Positions 1 through 14,339 of a stretch of DNA of 64,000 nt are shown here, piece by piece. Location: assembly GCF_009914755.1 (NCBI RefSeq), contig NC_060927.1. The stretch is one strand, 5' to 3'. Numbering within the stretch: position 1 is the first letter of the stretch; each line of letters begins with the position of its first letter. Origin of the DNA: the human T2T-CHM13v2.0 reference genome, Homo sapiens. The notes below the pieces were generated by a model that searched no databases, was not told the DNA's origin, and saw only the letters and a list, made by a program, of their open reading frames with translations. A program made the translations under genes and the position numbers.

Positions 1-1491
1 AATTCATATGGAACTAAAAAGCCTACATTGCCAAGTCAATCCTAAGCCAAAAGAACAAAGCTGGAGGCCTCATGCTTACTGACTTCAAACTATACTACAA
101 GGCTACAGTAACCAAAACAACATGGTACTGGTACCGAAACAGAGATATAGACCAATGGAACAGAACAGAGCCCTCAGAAATAATACCACATGTCTACAAC
201 TATCTGATCTTTTACAAACCCGAAAAAAACAAGAAATGGGGAAAGGATTCCCTATTTAACAAATGGTGCTGGGAAAATTGGCTAGCCATATGTAGAAAGC
301 TGAAACTGGATCCCTTCCTTATACCTTGTACAAAAATTAATTCAAGATGGATTAAAGACTTAAATTTTAGACCTATAACCATAAAAACCCTAGAAGAAAA
401 CCTAGGCAATACCATTCAGGACATAGGCATGAGCAAAGACTTCATGTCTAAAACACCAAAAGCAATGGCAACAAAAGCCAAAATTGACAAATGGGATCTA
501 ATTAAACTAAAGAGCTTCTGCACAGCAAAAGAAACTACCATCAGAGTGAACAGGGAACCTACGGAATGGGAGAAAATTTTCTCAACCTACTCATCTGACA
601 AAGGGCTAATATCCAGAATCTACAAAGAACTCAAACAAATTTATAAGAAAAAAACACTCATCAAAAATTAGGCGAAGGATATGAACAGACACTTCTCAGA
701 AGAAGACATTTCTGCAGCCAACAGACACATGAAAAAATGCTCATCATCACTGGCCATCAGAGAAATGCAAATCAAAACCACAATGAGATACCATCTCACA
801 CCAGTTAGAATGGCAATCATTAAAAAGTCAGGAAACAACAGGTGCTGGAGAGGATGTGGAGAAATAGGAACACTTTTACACTGTTGGTAGGACTGTAAAC
901 TAGTTCAACCATTGTGGAAGTCAGTGTGGCGATTCCTCAGGGATCTGGAACTAGAAATACCATTTGACCCAGCCATCCCATTACTGGGTATATACCCAAA
1001 GGAATATAAATCATGCTGCTATAAAGACACATGCACACGTATGTTTATTGCGGCACTACTCACAATAGCAAAGACTTGGAACCAACCCAAATGTCCAACA
1101 ATGATAGACTGGATTAAGAAAATGTAGCACATATATACCATGGAATACTATGCAGCCATACAAAAGGATGAGTTCATGTCCTTTGTAGGGACATGGATGA
1201 AGCTGGAAACCATCATTCTCAGCAAACTATCACAAGGACAGAAAACCAAACACCACATGTCCTCACTCATAGTTGGGAATTGAACAATGAGAACACTTGG
1301 ACATAGGAAGGGGAACATCACACACTGGGGACTGTTATGGGGTGGGGGGAGAGGGGAGGGATAGCATTAGGAGATATACCTAATGTAAATGACGAGTTAA
1401 TGGGTGCAGCACACCACCATGGCACATGTATACATATGTAACATACCTGCACGTTTTGCACATGTACTCTAGAACTTAAATTGTAATTAAA
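1..1491 (+). mobile_element. LINE-1 (L1PA4/PA5-like), 3' part of ORF2 plus 3'UTR; continues upstream of the window
   Basis: ORFs 72-671, 681-890 and 912-1127 are ORF2 C-terminal pieces ([28 protein letters not shown]) broken by stops; G-rich 3'UTR and typical terminus. Confidence 0.95.
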
Positions 1492-1595
1492 AATATATGT
1501 GTGTATCTATATATATGTGTATGTATATATATGTGTGTGTGTATATATGTGTATGTATATATATGTGTGTGTGTATATATGTGTGTGTGTATATA

Positions 1596-1627
<32 letters not shown>
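1492..1627. repeat. (TA)n/(TG)n compound microsatellite at the L1 tail position
   Basis: Alternating purine-pyrimidine tract directly after the L1 3' end. Confidence 0.95.
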
Positions 1628-1734
1628 AAGACATTTGTAGCTGATCTGAAATTCAATCTGAAAAAAAAATGAAAAAAAAACAGGCTAGTGATGTTTGTTG
1701 AATCTGATTATCATGAATATTAAGTGACATACTG

Positions 1735-1797
1735 TGATGTGCAGCACAGTTCCTGGAACAAAGCAGACTTCTGATGACGTCTGTTGATTGAATAATG
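1735..1797 (+). mobile_element. L2 3'-end remnant
   Basis: gcagcacagttcctggaacaaagcag...tgttgattgaata resembles the L2 terminus. Confidence 0.55.
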
Positions 1798-2904
1798 GCG
1801 TTCGTCTTAAACCAGTACTGGGCTTGGGAGTCCAGCTTAATTTTAGTTTATGCGTAGACCATAAGGTTTTATAAAATTCTCTACCTACCAATTCTGGTCT
1901 CATTATATCCAGAGACAAATATATCACCTAATAACCTTCAGTCATTTCTTCTCTGGCCAAAGCATAAATGCATTATTAAAGAATCATTTATGTATTTCTA
2001 ACAGTTGTATAATGATTGGTCCAGGTAGGTGCTAGAGGAAAAATGTGAAGTTTTTTATGCTGTTGCAATCTATGAGTTTTAAAATGGATTTATGGTTACA
2101 GAACTCATGAAAGCTGCTAATTATTTTTTTATGTAGACACTTGACAAAGGAAATGTAGATATAGCTCTGTCATTTTTCAATTTTGTATGCTATTTTGACT
2201 CAAATTCTATCCAAATAACATTATTTCTTTTCATGTCCACTGTGATATTAGTACTGCCCACAGGACACCTATAATGCTTCATTAGAAAATATGTATCAGT
2301 GATGGAACCATGTATTTTGCTTTTTGATGTCTCCCAAATCTAAAATAGGATTATCAAGGCACTAAGCTGCAGAGTGTATCACATCCCTTTATTGTGTTTC
2401 AGAGAACTGAGGGAAATGAAAGATACAAATGGGGCTAGCAATCTTGAGAGTGAAGTGAGCAGGGAAAGAGGGCACAGAGGGAAGATTTCAAGGCCCGTCT
2501 ATTTGATGCCAAATTGCATAAGATGGAATCATGAGGCTGACAGAAAGTGAACCAATGAACAGAAAGTCTCCTATGAGGTCAACCCTTTCCTTTCCAACAC
2601 CACTCAGATCACCACCCACCCCCATCCCCATTTCTCATCAGAAATTGGCAGTTGATGATTAGCAACCTATTATTACTTTTTCTCAAATTTTTAGAGAATG
2701 AGGTCTACAGATATGGAAATAGTCTGATGTGATATCTTTGAACCCAAATGGGCAGGCATTTTTTTTTTCTAGCGTGTACCCTACGTTCCTATTTTCTATG
2801 CCTGAAGCTCTTTGATTCTTAGGCGAATTGTATTTTTATTTCTATCCACATCAATAAACAAAAGAAAATGACCCTGTGTTTCCACCTTCTGAATTTCTGC
2901 TGAG

Positions 2905-3160
2905 AAGCTTATTGGGGTGGTAGGCTCATAGACTCTGCCTGGGTCCTAACATGGGATTAGGAGCTGCACAACTTTGTTACTTAATCTCTCTGTGCCCATG
3001 TTTGTTATCTTTAAAATAGGGGAAACAATAGTTCCTGCCTCATGGGATTGTTGTCAGATTTAATGTATCAACATGAGAAAAATGCTTAGAATATGCTTCA
3101 TGGCATCCAAGCATCTTAGAAAAATGCTTCATGGCATATAATCAGTGCTAATTAAGTTAA
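2905..3160 (+). mobile_element. MIR SINE
   Basis: Core gttacttaatctctctgtgccc...aaaatagggg...cctcatgggattgttg. Confidence 0.8.
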
Positions 3161-4251
3161 ACATAAAAATAAGACCACCAGCTTTCTCCTACTCAGGATA
3201 AAATGACTGCAATTGCACTTACCTTCCCTTATAAGATTTCTTGTAAAACTTTGATTCAGTAGATATGATATAGAAGAAAGGAAGTAAGTATGTCCAAACA
3301 GCACTATTTATAGACTCTTTAAATAGAAGTGTCTATTTAATTCAAACCCTCTGGAAAGGATTGGAATGATCTTTTTGCTAGCACAGACTTCATGGAGCAT
3401 CACCTAGGTTTGGGGCTCAAAGGAAAGATGAGGCTTAGCCCTGCTTCCAGTCAGCATATTCTGTAATTACACATTTTTAATTTATCTTGGTCCAAAGTTA
3501 GCTTTCTATGGGTAATCCGTTGCTATTTCAATACTATGTGCTTCTCTGCCTCCCTTTCACTAATTTGTGTAGGGTTTTTAAAGGCTTACTTAAGAGCATG
3601 GTGTTGTAATTCATTTCCTCCTACACTTATCTGATGACTGAACAGGTATTTAGTAAAAATGATCCCATTTTAAATGTAAAGAAACAAAATAGATGAGAAA
3701 AATATGCATAAAATGTGAATTAAAATCTGAAATCCTTATTTGCTCATGACATTTCTTTCTTAACACCAAGGAGATGCCTTTTATAATCTCCATTTTCATG
3801 AGATTTCTCTAAAATCTTAGAACACTCATTTCTCTGGGTTTCTGAGAAAATCAGTCTTTGCTCTTCTGCAGAGTATTAGTGGGCTGGATAGCACAGGAAG
3901 GCAGAGCCTGTGAAGCCAGGCTGAGGTGAGTCCAGTCACATGACTTGGAGTGGAGAAAGGGGCATCATAGGCCCATCAGGGTGGTGCATGTGGGAACGTG
4001 GGCATCGGGCGCTAGAGACCTGTGTTCCCTAATTATCCGAGACAAATTAGTTCTTGTTTTGTCAAACTAAAATTTGGCCAGTGTGAATTTGGCAGTATAC
4101 CAGAGAGCAAGGATCTCTGAGGTCATGAGGCCTGTAGTGGTGCTAGTAGGGAAGGAGAGACTCTAGCTTAATTTTAATATTTTGCCATAGTTTTAATTCT
4201 TGCCATTGCTCGCTGCTCTTCAGCTGCATGGCCTATGTCTTTTCCTCTAAT

Positions 4252-4448
4252 GCGATAATTCTCAGTCAAGGATAGTGCTCTTCCTCAGGGCCAGGGTACA
4301 TTTGACAAAACCTGGAGGCATTTCGGTCGGCACAAGCAGAGGCAGTGGGATGGCACCAGCATTTAGTGTGTAGAGGCCAGAGATGCTGCTAAACATGCCG
4401 CGATGTACAGGATAATGCAGAGTAACAATGAATTATCCAGCCCCAAAT
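4252..4448 (+). mobile_element. MER20 hAT MITE, right end missing
   Basis: gtagaggccagagatgctgctaaacat...gaattatccagccccaaat, then an abrupt switch to poly(T). Confidence 0.8.
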
Positions 4449-4721
4449 CTTTTTTTTTTAAAGTTCTGAAAGAAACATTTATTGTACTATCTGTTCTTTA
4501 TTTTATTTTATTTTTGTTATTATACTTTAAGTTGTAGGGTACATGTGCACAACGTGCAGGTTAGTTACATATGTATACATGTGCCATGTTGGTGTGCTGC
4601 ACCCACTAACTCGTCATTTACATTAGGTATATCTCCTAATACTGTTCCTCCCCCTTCCCCCCACCCCACAACAGGCCCCGTGTGTGATGTTCCCCTTCCT
4701 GTGTTCAAGTGTTCTCATCGT

Positions 4722-8530
<3,809 letters not shown>

Positions 8531-8593
8531 TATGATGTTAGCTGGTTATTTTGCTCGTTAGTTGATGCAGTTTCTTCCTAGCCTCTATGGTCT

Positions 8594-9611
8594 TTACAAT
8601 TTGGCATGTTTTTGCAGTGGCTGGTACCGATTGTTCCTGTCCATGTTTAGTGCTTCCTTCAGGAGCTCTTTTAGGGCAGGCCTGGTGGTGACAAAATCTC
8701 TCAGCATTTGCTTGTCTGTAAAAGATTTTATTTCTCCTTCACTTATGAAGCTTAGTTTGGATGGATATGAAATTCTGGGTTAAAAAATCTTTTCTTTAAG
8801 AAGGTTGAATCTTGGCCCCCCACTCTCTTCTGGCTTGTAGAGTTTCTTCTGGGAGATGAGCTGTTAGTCTGATGGGCTTTCCTTTGTGGGTAACCTGACC
8901 TTTCTCTCTGGCTGCCCTTAACTTTTTTTCCTTCATTTCAACTTTGGTGAATATGACAATTATGTGTCTTGGAGTTGCTCTTCTCGAGGAGTATCTTTGT
9001 GGCATTCTCTGTATTTCCTGAATCTGAATGTTGGCCTGCCTTGCTAGATTGGTGAAGTTCTCCTGGATGATATCCTGCAGACTGTTTTCCAACTTGGTTC
9101 TATTCTCCCCGTCACTTTCAGGTACACCAATCAGACAGAGATTTGGTCTTTTCACATAGTCCCATATTTCTTGGAGGCTTTGTTCGTTTCTTTTTATTCT
9201 TTTTTCTCTAAACTTCCCTTCTCGCTTCATTTCATTCATTTCATCTTCCAACATTGGTACGCTTTCTTCCAGTTGATCGCATCAGCTCCTGAGGCTTCTG
9301 CATTCTTCACGTAGTTCTCGAACCTTGGCTTTCAGCTCCATCACCTCCTTTAAGGACTTCTCTGCATTGGTTATTCTAGTTATACATTCATCTAATTTTT
9401 TTTCAAAGTTTTTAACTTCTTTGCCATTGGTTTGAATTTCCTCCCATGGCTCGGAGTAGTTTGATCATCTGAAGCCTTCTTCTCTCGACTTGTCAAAGTC
9501 ATTCTCTGTCCAGCTTTGTTCCATTGCTGGTGAGGAACTGTGTTCCTTTGGAGGAGGAGAGGTGCTCTGCTTTTTAGAGTTTCCAGTTTTTCTGCTCTGT
9601 TTTTTCCCCAT
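8594..9611 (-). pseudogene. L1 ORF1, disrupted
   Basis: ORF 8796-9254 has EIWDYVKRPNL and RRATPRHII; consensus ATG at 9611 and TAA near 8594; frame lost near 8800. Confidence 0.9.
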
Positions 9612-10652
9612 CTTTGTGGTTTTATCTACTTTTGGTCTTTGATGATGGTTATGTACAGATGGGTTTTTGGTGTGGATGTCCTTTCTGTTTGTTAGTTTTC
9701 CTTCTAACAGACAGGACCCTCAGCTGCAGGTCTGTTGGAGTTTGCTAGAGGTCCACTCCAGACCCTGTTTGCCTGGGTATCAGCAGTGGTGGCTGCAGGA
9801 CAGCGGTGGCTGTAGAACAGCGGATTTTGGTGAACCACAAATGCTGCTGCCTGATCATTCCTCTGGAAGTTTTGTTTCAGAGGAGTACCCGGCCGTGTGA
9901 GGTGTCCATCTGTCCCTACTGGGGGGTGCCTCCCAGTTAGGCTGCTCGGGGGTCAGGGACCCACTTGAGAAGGCAGTCTGCCCGTTCTCAGATCTCCAGC
10001 TGTTTGCTGGGAGAACCACTACTCTCTTCAAAGCTGTCAGACAGGGACATTTAAGTCTGCAGAGGTTACTGCTGTGTTTTTGTTTGTCTGTGCCCTGCCC
10101 CCAGAGGTGGAGCCTACAGAGGCAGGCAGGCCTGCTTGAGCTGTGGTGGGCTCCACCCAGTTCGAGCTTCCCGGCTGCTTTGTTTACCTAATGAAGTCTG
10201 GGCAATGGCAGGCACCCCTCCCCCAGCCTCGCTGCCACCTTACAGTTTGATCTCAGACTGCTGTGCTAGCAATCAGGGAGACTCCGTGGGTGTAGGACCC
10301 TCCGAGCCATGTGTGGAATATAATCTCCTGGTGTGCCATTTTTGAAGCCCGTTGGAAAAGCGCGGTATTAGGGTGGGAGTGAGCAGATTTTCCAGGTGCC
10401 ATCTGTCACCCCTTTCTTTGACTAGGAAAGGGAACTCCCTGACTCCTTGCACTTCCTGAGAGAGGCAGTGCATCGCCCTGCTTCGGCTCGCACATGGTGC
10501 GCTGCACCCACTGTCCTGCACCCACTCTGTGGCACTCCCTAGTGAGATGAACCTGGTACCTCAGACAGAAATGCAGAAATCACCTGTCTTCTGTGTCACT
10601 CATGCTGGGAGCTGTAGACCAGAGCTGTTCCTACTTGGCCATCTTGGCTCCC
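9612..10652 (-). promoter_or_regulatory. L1 5'UTR (sense and antisense promoter region) with intact YY1 site
   Basis: CAAGATGGCC on the minus strand at 10637-10646; many CpGs appear decayed. Confidence 0.75.
10205..10345 (+). pseudogene. L1 antisense ORF0, truncated to 46 aa
   Basis: MAGTPPPASLPPYSLISDCCASNQGDSVGVGPSEP matches the ORF0 N-terminus; stop at 10343-10345. Confidence 0.8.
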
Positions 10653-10789
10653 TACTTTTAGTTCTTTAAGGGTCTCCACACTGTTTTTCCTTCTGGTTGT
10701 ACTAGTTTACACTTCCACCAGCAGTGTAGAAATGTTCCCTGTTCACATCCATGCCAACATCTGTGAGTTTTTGATTATGGCCATTCTTG
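10652..10789 (-). mobile_element. L1PB-like ORF2 fragment
   Basis: ctacttttagttctttaagg...ctagtttacacttccaccagcagtgtaga...gattatggccattcttg. Confidence 0.75.
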
Positions 10790-10963
10790 ATAAGGATACC
10801 AGTCATATTGAATTAGGGCTCACCTAGATGACCTCATTTTAATTTCATTACCCCTGTAAAGACCTTATCTGCAAATAAGGCCACATTCTGGGGTATTGAG
10901 GGTTAGGACTCCAACATATCTTTTCTTGGGTAAGGGGAGGTGGGGACAATTCAGCCTATAACA
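10790..10963 (-). mobile_element. MLT1B/C MaLR LTR, 5' portion only
   Basis: ataaggataccagtcatattgaattaggg...gcaaataaggccacattctg...acaattcagcctataaca. Confidence 0.75.
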
Positions 10964-11905
10964 CCTCTGTGACTTGCAGGCATTGCTAATCCTTTATGTT
11001 AACTCTCTTCCTATCACATCTACATATGGTCTCAGAAACGTTTGCTTGCAGTTGTTATCCATGCCGTTTCTGATCAGAAGGAGGATTCCTTTCCTGGAAT
11101 TACATCTACCTGAGGTTTGGCATGCTGAGGGTAAGTCATAACTTAAATTCTGTGTTATTTCCTTCCATGCTGGGGAGAAGTAATTTAGAAGACCTGGATT
11201 CAGCCCTGTTGTCTGTATGAACAAATGGCTTGACTTTGTTGGGCCTCAGATTGTGATTTTTAGAAAGTGGGTATTAAAACCTACTAAGAAAATTTTTGTG
11301 CAGATTGATGGAAATACCCCATATAAAGGTGTAGGTACTTCATAGGCAATCATGTAACACAAATCTCCCCTTTCTCCTATACTCAGTAGTTACTTTAGTT
11401 ACCTTTTTTTTTTTTTTTTGCTGTGGGGCAGGGCAGGGTGAAGTATAGAAATGAAGAGTTCCTCCTGCTACTTTACAGAAAGGGGAAATAAAAAACCAGA
11501 GATTTGTAAATGACTTTTCCAGATAAAAAGATCCAAGCTTATACACTCCCAATAGTTTTTTGGTTGATAATCTTAAGAGAAATAATCCATTTATTTTTAT
11601 TTCACCAGTTAATAGAGCAAAATTCTCAGTACTGAAAATAGGATGATAATAAAAGAGATTATTTTTTAGGATTTGTTTTCAAAAGCTCAGCTGTTTGATA
11701 AGATGCTTATATGGTAGTGCCCCAGACCTGTCATTGGGTTGAATGTTGCTTCACATGATACAGGTTTTTTTTGTTAACTCTAACAGTAATTTTATTTCTA
11801 GCAGGCTCTGTCTACCTCCTTGTGCTCATTAACATGATTTACCTTTTATTATTGACAACTTAATTATTGTACATAAACTTTATGTATCTTAAAAAGTTAA
11901 TCTCA

Positions 11906-12219
<314 letters not shown>

Positions 12220-13159
12220 CTCATCTCAAATAACAAACTTCTTATTACAACTTTAGTACTCTTATTGGTTCATCTCATATTAGATACAATCTGACTTGAC
12301 ATCTACTTTGGGGGACCTGCTTGGGATGTGTTGACTAACTTGCAAACACGGGAGCGTTTGCATCCTTTTCAGCTATATATTTTTTTATGACTCCATGTTT
12401 TCTTTCTGCTAAGCAGAGGGCTAAATATATTTGTACCCACAATTAGAAAATTAGGAAAGTAGTGTTCATCTTTAAGGCCAAAGCCAGTGAGAAAGCTGTG
12501 TAGTATAATCAGCAAGGATCAGATACATCCTCCCTTGTCACACTGACCTGCAGAAACCAAGTAATATGTTATTTTGCCTCTTATCATCTTCCCAGCCAAA
12601 ATGAGACTCTTAGCCAAATACAAATTCAACTCCTTTTGAATCTTCAGATGAATTATACCTAAAGCTGAGAAAAAAAGACTTCTACTTCAGTTCTGTTATT
12701 TATTTGAACGTCTTCAGAGTGATGCTTCTGGAAAGATCAAAGGCAATTTGGGGGAAGAATGCACAGCTGTGTGGCCAACTGTGTTGTTGATCTTAAATCT
12801 GAAGGCCCCTTTAGGTTCCATCTGGGGCTGACATTTAACTTGACCTTTTCAGGACAAGAGATTAATTTCTGAAGTGTTAGTATTATGGAGATTAATTTGT
12901 GAAGCTGATTGTAATTAAGATACTTCTGGCACTTGCATCTGGGCTGGATACAGCAGACATTAATGATGGTAATCCATTTTCTCCCAGGGATGACTGAGGT
13001 CCACAGTTTTAAGCTCAACCAATTTCTTTTTGGATTGTTTTCCTTTTTTATTTCAATCTTAGAGAAAAAAGTTGATGACCTCTATAAACATAATGTTCCC
13101 TCTCACCTGAGATGGAGATCTTACTGCAGAATGTAATGAATACAGTCCTCCCTCTTATA

Positions 13160-13310
13160 TTTGCTATGATAATTATTACAAGAGCTTATTGTTGAGGCAG
13201 GCTCTATGCTAAGCCTGCCTATGTTTCATTTAATCTTTTCAACAACCATATAAGATAGGGGCTCTTATTACCTCAATTTTGTAAATAACTAGGGAAATTA
13301 AATAACTAGA
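13160..13310 (-). mobile_element. MIR SINE
   Basis: tcatttaatcttttcaacaaccatataagatagg...attacctcaattttgta. Confidence 0.65.
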
Positions 13311-13313
13311 GGA

Positions 13314-13426
13314 GGCCCCAGTTATAGAGATTTTCCTTTCATTGAACTGAGCTAGGACCTGGGCATCTATTTTTCTAAAGCTCTCTAGGTGATTCTAATG
13401 GGCAGCTAGGGTTGAAATTCACTGCT
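13314..13426. mobile_element. MER5A-like hAT MITE fragment
   Basis: ctctctaggtgattctaatgggcagctagggttgaaattcactg terminus. Confidence 0.7.
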
Positions 13427-14339
13427 CTAGATAAGCAATTAGCTATAAAATAGAAATGGTCCAATACAAGAAAAAGGTAAAAATTATGTACTATGGCTAA
13501 TGGTTGCTGTTCTTTTCAGTACCAGTGAGTCAGGTCACAGCCAACATTCACTACACATTCCTCCCTCAAAAATAAATTTAAAAAACAACAGAAATAAACT
13601 TCAGAGTTGGTTAGAGGGTGTTGATGTTGAATTGACTAGTTCATTTCCTAGAACCCTACTAATTTGGTCTAGTGCCTTTGACATGTAGTTACAAAGTTCC
13701 AGCATTCTCATGACTTTTGATTTATTGCTTAGCTATACCAGTACCACAGGTGGACATGAGATATCCCTACTAGTGGACTGTTATTTGGATAGGCTACAGA
13801 GCCTTTTCAGTTCTTAGAACTTGCCCAACTTTGTTATGTTCTGTAAGTTTTATGAGGGTCCAGTGGTCTCACAGGCAGCCTGGTTTTCTTCTACGTTTAT
13901 TCCCGTTTCTCTTCCCCTCCCTCCTATTCTTCCTCTGCCTTCCAGATGTTTTGTCTAAGAAGGTAAGCTGAAGGGGATGGGTTTATAAAATAGAGTGAAA
14001 TAAACTACAGCGCCATTGCACATCTTTGTTTTTCAGTATGCTCCAACAAAACCACGTAGTCAAAAGAATACAGATCTTTTTATTCATAATCATGTAATAG
14101 TTACAGGTTTTGGGGGTGAAATTCTTAGATTTCCTATCTTGAGAAACATTTATAATAGGTACTGCTAACGTCTCTTTATTTCTTTTGTTTGTAGGCTAGA
14201 TGGTGATATTAATAGTTTTATTTGTTAAAAACATTCCTTTAATTTAAAATATTGAATTCTTATGAAAAATGACTTTGAATACTTTAACTTATATCTCTGT
14301 CAATTGAATGAATATTAGCACTTTTGGATGATCAGAAGT

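Noticed and set aside
1339-1360. G-quadruplex-forming tract
   Set aside because: Standard L1 3'UTR feature, not specific to this locus
4485-4500. gtactatctgttcttt as the TSD partner of ctacttttagttcttt
   Set aside because: 4 of 16 mismatches, and the sequences beyond are not collinear; the shared gttcttt fits endonuclease site preference
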